Source of the DNA: Nemertoderma westbladi
Taxonomy: Eukaryota > Animalia > Xenacoelomorpha
Direction of reading: 5' to 3'
Assembly: GCA_032718475.1 (NCBI GenBank)
Contig: JAUCBJ010001219.1
Span: 1-39,010 of the forward strand
Length of the DNA stretch: 39,010 bases
Under the pieces are notes generated by a model. The model saw only the letters and a program-made list of their open reading frames with translations. It had not been told where the DNA came from and searched no databases. Every line of letters starts with the position of its first letter. Position 1 is the stretch's first letter. The translations under genes and the position numbers were made by a program. Of the stretch, positions 1 through 14,200 are shown piece by piece.

Positions 1-290
1 GAAGCCAGTCTAGCGCGGTATATGACCCATGGGTGTGGGAGACTGGATTCAGTTCTAGAGCAGTATATTGCAGTAGGCTACTTTGTATTATTCGATTGAT
101 CACTACTATATAATCTCAAACAACTATATTTACTTTCGGGGAAATATTAGGAATATTAGGAATGCTTTATTAACCTTCACACTAACTTCACACTAATGCA
201 CACTGATTTGCCGACTGTCACTGAATTTGATCATATATAAGGAGGATTGCAACTCACGTACATTGGGATTATGAAATAGCATTTATTTCA
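1..290 (-). repeat. Putative 3' LTR (partial, cut by the window edge)
   Basis: Aligns by eye with 3515-3876 with few substitutions, except that about 90 bp at 3645-3737 is replaced by a shorter segment here. Confidence 0.75.
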
Positions 291-1629
291 TAGCATTTGT
301 TTCAAAAACCTTTGCTTCATCTGCTCTCTTTTCAGCTTCTACTGTGGCAGCTTTAAGTTCTACTTCTGCCGCCTCTGCTGCAGCTTTAAGTTCGACTTCT
401 GCCGCGGCCGCTGCCTCTGCTGCTGTAGCCTTCCGATCTACTTCCGCCGCTGCAGCTTTTAGTTCTGCCTCAGCGGCTGCCATCTTTTCCTATCTTCAAT
501 TAATCCTTTCTTTATTTGTTCCTCCTTGTCCAATGCGATAAGAATGTCTTCATCTATCTTAGCTTGCTCCGCCGCTATCATTTGGGCATCCAATGAGTCT
601 AAAATTAAGTTGGCTGCCTCACTGTTGGGGTGAAGTCCGGCTAGACGTCTCCTCGGCTCTTTGTCACCTATGAATCGTTGGTAATCAGATAAATAGACGT
701 CAATAGCATCCCTTTTTGGAGGTTTTTCGGATACCCCCTCGCTTTCTCCATGGGAGAAGACTGCATCTGTTGATTCTCTGTAGGCTAGTTGTTCTACTAA
801 CTGAGCCTTCCATTGGGTTGTTCCCTGGACTTTAACATTCACTCGTTGGAACCAAGTCTTTACTGCTACCTGCAGTGATGTATCTTGACTTCTCTTCAAG
901 GCTTCTTCAAACGCTGACAGGATTAATCTGATCCTCAATATCCGTTCTTTCACTTGGTATAGCAGTTCTACCTGCTCTGTAGGTTCCAGTTGTCCTCGGA
1001 ATAACTGGGTTTCCATTCATCCCAGTGAGTTGAAGAATCCCTAGACATATCTGGCTGCTGACCTCTTCCATACAGCGGGATCTCTGGTATCTCTAATTAC
1101 GCCCATCTGATGCAGGTCCTCCCAGGCAGCTTCAGATAAGTTAAATGGTAGTCTGGGTCTGGGAAAGTTCCATTGAATTTCCACAATAGACTTTAATTCC
1201 TCGAGAGGGTATCCGGCGTAACTATCCCAGGTTGACTGCTTATTTCTCGTCCAGTCCGCTTGATGTTCTTCTATGGCTAGAAGAACTCGAGTGAGCACTG
1301 CCCCAGGAAGGATCAGGAGTGGGTCAGGGTAAACCACTTCTTCCATCTTTGATCCGATCTCGGGCATTAACTCTTCAGTGCTGAAACTAGAGTTACTGAG
1401 TGGTTGACCACTGCTGTTCTACAGCCGTCACTTGGTCTCGCTTAACTTGAGCCTTAGTGCCTATAATAGACCTATGGTGCTTCACTATCCTAGGGTCCGA
1501 CACAACTACTGTAGGGATGGCCTTTCTTACAGTAGGAGGGGACTTAGACCTCAGTCGGGGCCTTTGATCTGGGTCACAGATCGTCTGTTCCAAGAGACTA
1601 TCTGACATTGTTTGTTTTGGGTCAGACAT
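283..1629 (-). pseudogene. Decayed gag-like / coiled-coil ORF of the LTR element
   Basis: Four consecutive minus ORFs: 1629-1393, 1367-1041, 1016-459 and 483-283. The middle two share a frame, separated by one TAG; the outer two need single frameshifts. It ends in Ala/Glu/Lys repeats (AAAEAELKAAA) and runs into the LTR. The gag identity is inferred from position only, with no diagnostic motif. Confidence 0.5.
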
Positions 1630-3378
1630 AATTTATTTACAGTTGAATGCCTATCACGATAATAACAGTTAAAGTAAGTCTAGGGCAAATCAGTATCAAC
1701 TGTCAGTCTCGTAGTTACCAAATATTGTTACTCAATGTAATGTGGGTATATATTGAGTGTTAGAATACCGGTATACACCTATAGTATATATAACAGTATT
1801 ACTACAGACTAGGATCAATCACTGAATACCGGTATATAAGTTTAGCCTAAGTTATATAAATATATAATAAGCTTACTGTAAACACCGATATTATCAATAA
1901 TTAAATAATAACTGATTATCCGATTTTAGGAATTATTTCCCTTTTCTCTATTACTGATATTAAGTAATAGGTTCAACTGATATTAAGACCTAATTGATGT
2001 ATAACAGGCCTACTAATTTATAAATCTGATTGAGTTAAATTTATAAATATATATACCCGTAATGGGTTTTGTCAATTATTGAAATAAATGTTATTATTTC
2101 TGAGTAAGAAGTCACTACACAGAGGTTGGACGCTCTCAGTGGAGTGCTACTTGTTAGACACTAAATACTGATCTTTCTACTTAACTAAGTTTAGTAAGTT
2201 ACTTATCACTACAAATTACTTACGTAACAGGTTGAGATTACACAATCTCTAAGTAAACAATAAACAAAGTTACACGTACAATTTTTAGGGTAATTTTACA
2301 AGAATTTTACAAACCAGACTAACAAGAATTTAGAATTTCTGGCTCATACAGACTGACAGGGAATTTACGGAAATTTGAAACCAATAAAGTAGTATTCAAT
2401 ACGTTGTGTTGTCCAGATAAGGAAATGCCACCGTCTGATGACTTATAGTCTACACTATAAACAAACGTACCCGGAGTGTCCTATACATAGAGATTAATGA
2501 TCGAAACCTAAAGCTAACGGACCTATTAACCATGTTACAACACAAATATACTGCGTACGCCGTACACACTAAAATAACTTTCAGGAAAGCGCTGTACTCT
2601 AAACCCTAGATTAGGTACTAGCACTTATACAACATATAACTTGCAGTTAAATATATGTGAACAGCTAAAAGAACCACAGTATCTGCTGGAGAGACCGCAG
2701 TATTTAGTCTTAATCATCCGATGCTAAAGAAATCACCAGTCTGTCCTATGCCAAGCAGTCCTGAAGTAGTACCGGGGTTAATTTAGCTATTACAGTATGC
2801 ATAACAAGCAGAATTACTGTAAGGAATAAACTTGGGGACATGAATGTTGTAAATTACTTGCATAAACTCTGAATAATAAATATTACGCTACCTGTACAGA
2901 CTATTCAAATAAAACACAGACCAAAATGCTGACAGACAACCGCCAAGCCAAAAATAAACCACAGTATATGCAGTCTCCAAAATGATTAGTTAGTAAGCAT
3001 TCTAGACTACGTAGTACGACTTATTCTTTCGCGGGGGATTTACCTTACAACTGTGGAAGCCTCCACTGCCTAACTAGCACTTTATTGGACAATTAACCTA
3101 CATACACTGTAATCCACTTCAGACCTAACAACAATCCAACAACAATCCAGCCTATAAGTTACTTTTACAATCCGAGCAGGTTTACACATCTTCCGCTCAA
3201 TATTACACTTACAGGTAAATAAAGCCAACAGGAATAAGTAAACCATACAAGGAGTAAGGGGTGATCAATCCCTAATCCTCTAACAGCCTACAATATACAA
3301 TATTTCACAATCGAAGTAATACTGCTACAAGGTACCGGTTCGGTACTACTAAGCCTACAGTTTACCGTCCGACCGGTA

Positions 3379-3878
3379 TGTTAGGGTTTATTGCCTACTG
3401 AGCAATAAAAGAAATAAATCTATTAATGTTCGCGCTTTTAGACCTTTAACAGTTTAACCTGTTAATTTAAGTGTTTCTTGAATCGACTTTTGCCCATACT
3501 AATTGACATCAGCTGAAGCCAGTCTAGCGTGGCATATGACCCACAGGTGTGGGAGACTGGATTCAGTTCTAGAGCAGTATATTGCAGTAGGCTACTTTGT
3601 ATTATTCGATTGATCACTACTATATAATCTCCGACAACTATAGTTCCTTTGGGACGTGGTGCTTTAAGTATCAAACAGAGTTATGACCTACACTAATCTC
3701 AACTAGTGGCAATAAGATATCGCAAATGGCGCATTCTTTAGGAATGCTTTTTTAACCTTCACACTAACTTCACACTAATACACACTGATTTGCCGACTGT
3801 CACTGAATTTGATCATATATAAGGAGGATTGCAACTCACGTACGTTGGGATTATTTATGAAATAGCATTTATTTCACA
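3379..3878 (-). repeat. Putative 5' LTR, about 500 bp
   Basis: TG...CA termini and homology to 1-290. The boundary at 3379 is inferred from the TG dinucleotide and polyA signal and cannot be confirmed by the truncated partner. Confidence 0.6.
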
Positions 3879-5257
3879 CAAAAACCACTATAAATTGAGC
3901 CACAATTGCTACTGATACACCCTTCTGCTTACCTCAGTAATTAAGAAAGTCAAGGGGGATTTTACGATTATCCATCAGTATTCTCCAAATATAACATCCA
4001 TTAATATAAACAGCAATTAACAATGATTTAAAACAGTATATTAGAAAACAGTGCGGTGAAATCAGTCAGTATGTTGAATGAAGTATGAATTGAGTTACGC
4101 AATGTGGTATGATGTTAATAGATTTGCGTTCTTATGACTCTAAGCCTCTGATGTTAGGACGAAAGTCTGAAAGTCAGAAAGTCCGAATGAATTCTGAATG
4201 AAGTATCAATTCTCGGAAAACTGCCGAATTGCGTCATCTCCCGTAGGCCACTGTAAACAGAGAAAGGGAGATCGCTCTGATTGGCTAAAATCTATGTCAA
4301 CAAAGGCCGATTCCTCACACAAAGGAACAGCTGGTAGATTTCGTCATTCCAACTCTGGGTTCTTGACAGACACGTAGTTGTACAATTCTAGGCCTTTTTA
4401 GAATATTTAGCGCATTGCGCAAAATGACTTATTTTGTCAGCAAAAGCTTTTACAGGTAACCCGCCACGGCAATTGCCAGCTATATCAATAAATTGCTTAA
4501 AAAAACTTATATATTTAGTTTGAACATTAAACTAACTTTATTGTTGCTGTAGTTTGAAAGACGAGCACGTCAATCTGAAGATAAACTTCGATCTGCTATC
4601 TAACCAATCGGAAGAAGCCAATCACCTGCTAGCCAATGAAAGGGAAGAGAATGCCTGTAAACTTAGAATGATGCAGGACGATTTTCGGTTAACAAAGGTA
4701 AATTATTGATTGAATTAATTATTGATCTTCCAAATTGTTTACTTTTCTTACTAAATGTACATTTTTTACTAACTAACTAACTACTAATTAATAATCATCA
4801 TAGGTTTGAGTTATATTCTGAAGGAATTGAGCCGAGTTATATTCGTGATTTCAATTGTTTATTATTACATCGCGTGCAGTATGTCGCCCATATCTTTAGA
4901 AATATGAAACATTAATAACGATAAATCTCATTTGAAATTTTAAAACAAAAAGTTTCATAATTTTCTTGGAATATCAGATATTTTTAAACTAATTTAAGTA
5001 TCAGTACCTAAATCAATTTAAGCTAAATTAATGTATTAATAATATTATTTGTGAGGTAACCAAGGCGACGGTAGAGGTAATGTTGAGGTTTATTGTATTA
5101 ATTTTCTTGAATTCATTAGAATTCAAGTTTTCATTTATGTGGCAGTCTATGTTTATTGCAGAGTTACTCATCAGCTGTAAAGTATCGTTATCTATTTAAT
5201 ACACACAGTTAAACGTTACATGTTGTAATATAGATTTATAATTTGCTGCCTAATAAT

Positions 5258-8009
5258 GGGGTAGACGACTCGGAATTTTTTTTCGAGTTTTCGTTGGTTT
5301 CATGTGAAAGAGCATGTGAAAAAACCCCAGAGAGCAATTTTACTTCAAAAAAAATAATATTGGCCGAGTTATAGCGATTTTAAAACGCAAAATTAGCAAC
5401 ATCGAAAAATCAGGCCGTTTCAGAAAACTGCACGAGTGACGTCACTAGTGCAGCAGTAAATGTTCATTGGTTACTATACAATATAAATCTCTTAGTAAAT
5501 AAAATAAATTGTGTAGCTAATATTTATTTAGTGTGTTTTTGTGTTGTGTTAAGAATACATTATTTGGGTACTGGTCCAGTATGCGTACACCCCCCACCAA
5601 ATTTTTTGTACTAGATAGTTTTTGATAATTTCTTTTTTTGATATGTTCTAGAACTTATTAGCTATTTGTTTATAAAAAAAATAATGTTCTAGAAAAATAT
5701 TTTTTATTCTGGAACATATTAAAAAAATATATTATTTTATATCTTTATGGCGGGAATTGATTCATAACAAGTTAATTATTCCAGAATAATAATTATTTAT
5801 CCCAAACTATACAGTTGTTAGCTATAAAAATAAAACATACAGTATTTTGTAGCTAAAACTGCCAGGTGGTAGAAATCCAGTAGCATATTGATGTTTTATT
5901 AAGCTTCAAAACTTAGATTATTTTGGATTAGATTGTGGATTCGAACTTTTTCGATTGCAATTATTTTTATACAAGTTAAATTATTGAATTCCAAGTAGCA
6001 TTGATAGTTATCAATAATTCTAGAACAGTTCAGTTGTAGCTAACACATATTTCAGTTAAATAGCTAACTTTTTTATAATTGCAGTGATAGGAATTGCTTG
6101 TTTACAGTTCTTTATTTTGGACATTTTAGACGCCGACCAGTAACAGAGAGTGAAAGTACAGGACATTTCTGTACATTTTCTGTATAACCAAAATGTTAAG
6201 CCCATCGCATGTTTGCAACCACCACCAGCACTGGCCACACAGTCGTTGCATTTCAGATCTACTATTTCTCCGGTACTCTCATTAACTTTAGCTTGGACGC
6301 GGTAGGATTGACTTCTTACACGATGTTCTGGTGTTATTTTGGCCTTAACTGTGCAATGAGGACCATCTCTCTTTACACACACCCATCCAATAGCATTAAT
6401 GTTTTATAATTGGTAATTTTCATTCAAATGGTATACCAACAAATTTGTATAGCGTGAATTTATTATAAATTTTTTATTTTTCACGGTAGACTATTCTACT
6501 ATTCTACTATTCTACTTCACGCCGGACTAATTACATAATTGTGTGTAAATAAGTAACACTGGTAGGCCTACGAGTGTAGCCCGTCTTACCATAATTATGT
6601 TTTTTTAATAGCTGTTTTTGCTAATTGATTTATGTCCTGGAACATAGTGTGAATTCATTACACGTTTAATTTTTGTGGTGGCTAGTTTTTTCGATGGTCG
6701 CTAGTCAGTTTATTATTATAGCATTTAAACTTATAGTTATTTATATATAGTTATTGAAACACAAATGACATCATTTTAATTATTAAAAAAAATAAGATTT
6801 TGTGGTATTTTATAAAAACACTAGCTACATTATTAAAACAGTACATACCATTGAAAACACTAGCTACATTATTAAAACAATACATACCATTGAAAACACT
6901 AGCTACCACAAACATTTGTTTTCATTTTCTTAAAAACATTTTTTTTCACATGTAACTAGCCAAAATATGTCAAGAACATAAACCTATAGCCCAAAACATT
7001 ATGTTTTGGTATTTTTTTGGAATTTTGATATTTTTGGATGTCAAACCAAAAACAGCTATTATGAAAGGCAGAATAATGGTGACACGTGCAACACTAGTAC
7101 CAGTAACACTTTACAGTGAATTGCCCGAGCTGTTTGTTAACCGAACGTACGTAAATGAGTGCGTGCATTAAAAGATATGAGGATAATATATACTGTAGGT
7201 TAACTTACCATTTACCATTATTTAACTAACCTCAAGGTTTTCACGTTCCAGAACTCCGGGCTTATTTTCTCTGGTTTGCTACAAGTACTGTATAGTGCAA
7301 TATTGCAGCATAGGTTAAAGCTGGTAGGTTTCTACTGTCCGCTTTTTCGAAACCGGCCTCCATTACACCTTGATGGTAACTGTATAATAACTTTTACTAG
7401 TACCCCTGTAGCGTAGCTACTATTGAAAAAAAATGCTCCTTAAAATTCTAGAATTTTTACCAGCTAGTTAAATAACTAGACAAAAAAAACTAAATAATTT
7501 CCATCTAGTTCTAATCTACCCATCCCGCATTGTTCGCTGTAAAAACGATTAAAAAATCGATTAATGAAACGCCTGGCAGTATTTAGCTATCTATATTTAT
7601 TTTTAGCTACTAGCTCTACGGTATAGGTATGGGCGAAATAAATATTATTCTAGAATATTCGCCTCCATACCGCTGTCCTAGAATCGATTCTTAACACAAC
7701 ATAAATACACATCCAAATAAATACTTAGCTACATTTATTATTTGTTTTATTTTAGATACTGCAATATTATACTTTATATTAGCCAATCAACTGCGCTTGA
7801 CAACTGTTGCTGTGTTATGGCTGACGTCACTCGTGCAGTTTTCTGAAACGGCCTGATTTTTCGATGTTGCTAATTTTGCGTTTTAAAATTGCTATAACTC
7901 GGCCAATATTAATTTTTTTTAAGTAAAATTGCTCTCTGGGGTTTTTTCACATGCTCTTTCACATGAAACCAACGAAAACTCGAAAAAAATTTTCCGAGTC
8001 GTCTACCCC
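5258..8009 (-). mobile_element. ISL2EU-type (PIF/Harbinger-related) DNA transposon, internally deleted
   Basis: Near-perfect TIRs of about 185 bp (GGGGTAGACGACTCGGAA... at 5258-5443 vs ...TTCCGAGTCGTCTACCCC at 7823-8009), flanked by AT on both sides (5256-5257 and 8010-8011). Contains SWIM-domain gene remnants typical of the YqaJ-exonuclease ORF of ISL2EU elements. No DDE transposase was found inside. Confidence 0.85.
6056..7363 (-). pseudogene. Spliced remnant of the SWIM zinc-finger / YqaJ-type accessory gene of the ISL2EU element
   Basis: Exon 1 at 7363-7231 reads MEAGFEKADSRNLPALT..., then after a frameshift SPEFWNVKTLR, followed by donor GTTAGT. The downstream segment at about 6400-6056 reads NAIGWVCVKRDGPHCTVKAKITPEH...KCNDCVASAGGGCKHAMGLTFWL...CYW (SWIM-type C..C...CxH). 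The nuclease domain is missing. Confidence 0.75.
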
Positions 8010-8295
8010 ATTGCAATTTTTATTAATACAAAAATCTACATAACGTCACTAAGTTATGTTGAATTTTAGAAAAATATATTCTACTTAGAAATTATTTTTA
8101 AAAATACTATTTTTATGGAGTAATTTAAACTTAATAGCAATTATTTTTTATAAATAATTGTGAATAAACATTGTACTTTGAAATTATAAGTACAATTAAT
8201 TCCATTCGGCTATACTATATATATTAGGACCTTTTCATTAGATATCAAAAACTTAAAATTCGAGGTTTAATCATTTAAGGCTCATTTATTTTACT

Positions 8296-11200
8296 GTATA
8301 TAAGTGTGTACATACACTCAGTAATCGTTCTTTATTTATTGGATATAAGTGTGTGCATACACTCCGTAATCGTTCTTTATTTATTGGATATAAGTGTGTG
8401 CATACACTCCGTAATCGTTCTTTATTTTATTGGATATAAGTGTGTACATACACTCCGTAATCGTTCTTTATTTATTGGATATAAGTGTGTACATACACTC
8501 CGTAATCGTTCTTTATTTATTGTATATAAGTGTGTGCATACACTCCGTAATCGTTCTTTATTTATTGGATATAAGTGTGTACATACACTCCGTAATCGTT
8601 CTTTATTTATTGGATATAAGTGTGTACATACACTCCGTAATCGTTCTTTATTTATTGGATATAAGTGTGTGCATACACTCCGTAATCGTTCTTTATTTAT
8701 TGGATATAAGTGTGTGCATACACTCCGTAATCGTTCTTTATTTATTGGATATAAGTGTGTGCATACACTCCGTAATCGTTCTTTATTTATTGGATATAAG
8801 TGTGTACATACACTCCGTAATCGTTCTTTATTTATTGGATATAAGTGTGTACATACACTCCGTAATCGTTCTTTATTTATTGGATATAAGTGTGTGCATA
8901 CACTCCGTAATCGTTCTTTATTTATTGGATATAAGTGTGTGCATACACTCCGTAATCGTTCTTTATTTATTGGATATAAGTGTGTACATACACTCCGTAA
9001 TCGTTCTTTATTTATTGGATATAAGTGTGTGCATACACTCCGTAATCGTTCTTTATTTATTGGATATAAGTGTGTACATACACTCCGTAATCGTTCTTTA
9101 TTTATTGGATATAAGTGTGTACATACACTCCGTAATCGTTCTTTATTTATTGGATATAAGTGTGTGCATACACTCCGTAATCGTTCTTTATTTATTGGAT
9201 ATAAGTGTGTGCGTGCATACACTCCGTAATCGTTCTTTATTTATTGGATATAAGTGTGTGCATACACTCCGTAATCGTTCTTTATTTATTGGATATAAGT
9301 GTGTACATACACTCCGTAATCGTTCTTTATTTATTGGATATAAGTGTGTACATACACTCCGTAATCGTTCTTTATTTATTGGATATAAGTGTGTGCATAC
9401 ACTCCGTAATCGTTCTTTATTTATTGTATATAAGTGTGTGCATACACTCCGTAATCGTTCTTTATTTATTGGATATAAGTGTGTGCATACACTCCGTAAT
9501 CGTTCTTTATTTTATTGGATATAAGTGTGTACATACACTCCGTAATCGTTCTTTATTTATTGGATATAAGTGTGTACATACACTCCGTAATCGTTCTTTA
9601 TTTATTGTATATAAGTGTGTGCATACACTCCGTAATCGTTCTTTATTTATTGGATATAAGTGTGTACATACACTCCGTAATCGTTCTTTATTTATTGGAT
9701 ATAAGTGTGTACATACACTCCGTAATCGTTCTTTATTTATTGGATATAAGTGTGTGCATACACTCCGTAATCGTTCTTTATTTATTGTATATAAGTGTGT
9801 GCATACACTCCGTAATCGTTCTTTATTTATTGGATATAAGTGTGTGCATACACTCCGTAATCGTTCTTTATTTATTGGATATAAGTGTGTACATACACTC
9901 CGTAATCGTTCTTTATTTATTGGATATAAGTGTGTACATACACTCCGTAATCGTTCTTTATTTATTGGATATAAGTGTGTGCATACACTCCGTAATCGTT
10001 CTTTATTTATTGGATATAAGTGTGTGCATACACTCCGTAATCGTTCTTTATTTATTGGATATAAGTGTGTACATACACTCCGTAATCGTTCTTTATTTAT
10101 TGGATATAAGTGTGTGCATACACTCCGTAATCGTTCTTTATTTATTGGATATAAGTGTGTACATACACTCCGTAATCGTTCTTTATTTATTGGATATAAG
10201 TGTGTACATACACTCCGTAATCGTTCTTTATTTATTGGATATAAGTGTGTGCATACACTCCGTAATCGTTCTTTATTTATTGGATATAAGTGTGTGCGTG
10301 CATACACTCCGTAATCGTTCTTTATTTATTGGATATAAGTGTGTGCATACACTCCGTAATCGTTCTTTATTTATTGGATATAAGTGTGTGCATACACTCC
10401 GTAATCGTTCTTTATTTATTGGATATAAGTGTGTACATACACTCTGTAATCGTTCTTTATTTATTGGATATAAGTGTGTGCATACACTCCGTAATCGTTC
10501 TTTATTTATTGTATATAAGTGTGTACATACACTCCGTAATCGTTCTTTATTTATTGGATATAAGTGTGTGCATACACTCCGTAATCGTTCTTTATTTATT
10601 GGATATAAGTGTGTGCATACACTCCGTAATCGTTCTTTATTTATTGGATATAAGTGTGTACATACACTCCGTAATCGTTCTTTATTTTATTGGATATAAG
10701 TGTGTGCATACACTCCGTAATCGTTCTTTATTTATTGGATATAAGTGTGTGCATACACTCCGTAATCGTTCTTTATTTATTGTATATAAGTGTGTACATA
10801 CACTCCGTAATCGTTCTTTATTTATTGGATATAAGTGTGTACATACACTCCGTAATCGTTCTTTATTTATTGGATATAAGTGTGTGCATACACTCCGTAA
10901 TCGTTCTTTATTTATTGGATATAAGTGTGTGCATACACTCCGTAATCGTTCTTTATTTATTGTATATAAGTGTGTACATACACTCCGTAATCGTTCTTTA
11001 TTTATTGGATATAAGTGTGTGCATACACTCCGTAATCGTTCTTTATTTATTGTATATAAGTGTGTACATACACTCCGTAATCGTTCTTTATTTATTGGAT
11101 ATAAGTGTGTGCATACACTCCGTAATCGTTCTTTATTTATTGGATATAAGTGTGTACATACACTCCGTAATCGTTCTTTATTTATTGGATATAAGTGTGT

Positions 11201-14200
11201 ACATACACTCCGTAATCGTTCTTTATTTATTGGATATAAGTGTGTACATACACTCCGTAATCGTTCTTTATTTATTGGATATAAGTGTGTGCATACACTC
11301 CGTAATCGTTCTTTATTTATTGGATATAAGTGTGTACATACACTCCGTAATCGTTCTTTATTTATTGGATATAAGTGTGTGCATACACTCCGTAATCGTT
11401 CTTTATTTATTGGATATAAGTGTGTGCATACACTCCGTAATCGTTCTTTATTTATTGTATATAAGTGTGTACATACACTCCGTAATCGTTCTTTATTTAT
11501 TGGATATAAGTGTGTGCATACACTCCGTAATCGTTCTTTATTTATTGGATATAAGTGTGTACATACACTCCGTAATCGTTCTTTATTTATTGGATATAAG
11601 TGTGTGCATACACTCCGTAATCGTTCTTTATTTATTGTATATAAGTGTGTACATACACTCCGTAATCGTTCTTTATTTATTGGATATAAGTGTGTGCATA
11701 CACTCCGTAATCGTTCTTTATTTATTGGATATAAGTGTGTACATACACTCCGTAATCGTTCTTTATTTATTGGATATAAGTGTGTGCATACACTCAGTAA
11801 TCGTTCTTTATTTATTGTATATAAGTGTGTGCATACACTCCGTAATCGTTCTTTATTTATTGGATATAAGTGTGTGCATACACTCCGTAATCGTTCTTTA
11901 TTTATTGGATATAAGTGTGTGCATACACTCCGTAATCGTTCTTTATTTATTGGATATAAGTGTGTACATACACTCCGTAATCGTTCTTTATTTATTGGAT
12001 ATAAGTGTGTGCATACACTCCGTAATCGTTCTTTATTTATTGGATATAAGTGTGTGCATACACTCCGTAATCGTTCTTTATTTATTGGATATAAGTGTGT
12101 GCATACACTCCGTAATCGTTCTTTATTTTATTGGATATAAGTGTGTACATACACTCCGTAATCGTTCTTTATTTATTGGATATAAGTGTGTGCATACACT
12201 CCGTAATCGTTCTTTATTTATTGGATATAAGTGTGTGCATACACTCCGTAATCGTTCTTTATTTATTGTATATAAGTGTGTACATACACTCCGTAATCGT
12301 TCTTTATTTATTGGATATAAGTGTGTGCATACACTCCGTAATCGTTCTTTATTTATTGGATATAAGTGTGTACATACACTCCGTAATCGTTCTTTATTTA
12401 TTGGATATAAGTGTGTACATACACTCCGTAATCGTTCTTTATTTATTGGATATAAGTGTGTGCATACACTCCGTAATCGTTCTTTATTTATTGTATATAA
12501 GTGTGTACATACACTCCGTAATCGTTCTTTATTTATTGGATATAAGTGTGTGCATACACTCCGTAATCGTTCTTTATTTATTGGATATAAGTGTGTGCAT
12601 ACACTCCGTAATCGTTCTTTATTTATTGTATATAAGTGTGTACATACACTCCGTAATCGTTCTTTATTTATTGGATATAAGTGTGTGCATACACTCCGTA
12701 ATCGTTCTTTATTTATTGGATATAAGTGTGTGCATACACTCCGTAATCGTTCTTTATTTATTGGATATAAGTGTGTGCATACACTCCGTAATCGTTCTTT
12801 ATTTATTGTATATAAGTGTGTGCATACACTCCGTAATCGTTCTTTATTTATTGGATATAAGTGTGTACATACACTCCGTAATCGTTCTTTATTTATTGGA
12901 TATAAGTGTGTGCATACACTCCGTAATCGTTCTTTATTTATTGTATATAAGTGTGTACATACACTCCGTAATCGTTCTTTATTTATTGGATATAAGTGTG
13001 TACATACACTCCGTAATCGTTCTTTATTTATTGGATATAAGTGTGTACATACACTCCGTAATCGTTCTTTATTTATTGGATATAAGTGTGTGCATACACT
13101 CCGTAATCGTTCTTTATTTATTGGATATAAGTGTGTACATACACTCCGTAATCGTTCTTTATTTATTGGATATAAGTGTGTACATACACTCCGTAATCGT
13201 TCTTTATTTATTGGATATAAGTGTGTACATACACTCCGTAATCGTTCTTTATTTATTGGATATAAGTGTGTACATACACTCCGTAATCGTTCTTTATTTA
13301 TTGGATATAAGTGTGTGCATACACTCTGTAATCGTTCTTTATTTATTGGATATAAGTGTGTACATACACTCCGTAATCGTTCTTTATTTATTGGATATAA
13401 GTGTGTACATACACTCCGTAATCGTTCTTTATTTATTGTATATAAGTGTGTACATACACTCCGTAATCGTTCTTTATTTATTGGATATAAGTGTGTACAT
13501 ACACTCCGTAATCGTTCTTTATTTATTGGATATAAGTGTGTACATACACTCCGTAATCGTTCTTTATTTATTGGATATAAGTGTGTACATACACTCCGTA
13601 ATCGTTCTTTATTTATTGGATATAAGTGTGTGCATACACTCCGTAATCGTTCTTTATTTATTGGATATAAGTGTGTACATACACTCCGTAATCGTTCTTT
13701 ATTTATTGGATATAAGTGTGTACATACACTCCGTAATCGTTCTTTATTTATTGTATATAAGTGTGTACATACACTCCGTAATCGTTCTTTATTTATTGGA
13801 TATAAGTGTGTGCATACACTCCGTAATCGTTCTTTATTTATTGGATATAAGTGTGTACATACACTCCGTAATCGTTCTTTATTTATTGGATATAAGTGTG
13901 TGCATACACTCCGTAATCGTTCTTTATTTATTGGATATAAGTGTGTGCATACACTCCGTAATCGTTCTTTATTTATTGGATATAAGTGTGTGCATACACT
14001 CCGTAATCGTTCTTTATTTATTGGACATAAGTGTGTACATACACTCCGTAATCGTTCTTTATTTTATTGGATATAAGTGTGTACATACACTCCGTAATCG
14101 TTCTTTATTTATTGGATATAAGTGTGTGCATACACTCCGTAATCGTTCTTTATTTATTGTATATAAGTGTGTGCATACACTCCGTAATCGTTATTTATTT

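Larger units (their letters stand above)
1..3878 (-). mobile_element. Internally deleted, non-autonomous LTR retrotransposon (two LTR copies flanking a long leader and a decayed gag-like ORF; no pol)
   Basis: 1-290 is a direct repeat of 3515-3876. The right copy can be bounded TG...CA (tgttaggg at 3379 to atttcaca at 3878). On the minus strand it has a TATA-like TTATATAT near 3820 and AATAAA just before its end. Broken minus-strand ORFs lie between the copies. PBS and PPT were not recognised, and the TSD is untestable because the left copy runs off the window. Confidence 0.65.

Noticed and set aside
344-541. Ala/Ser-rich ORF resembling an antifreeze protein
   Set aside because: It is the antisense shadow of the Ala/Glu/Lys repeat in the gag-like remnant.
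4270-4640. Cluster of CCAAT boxes suggesting a promoter
   Set aside because: No linked exon or gene could be supported, and such motifs are common in repeats.
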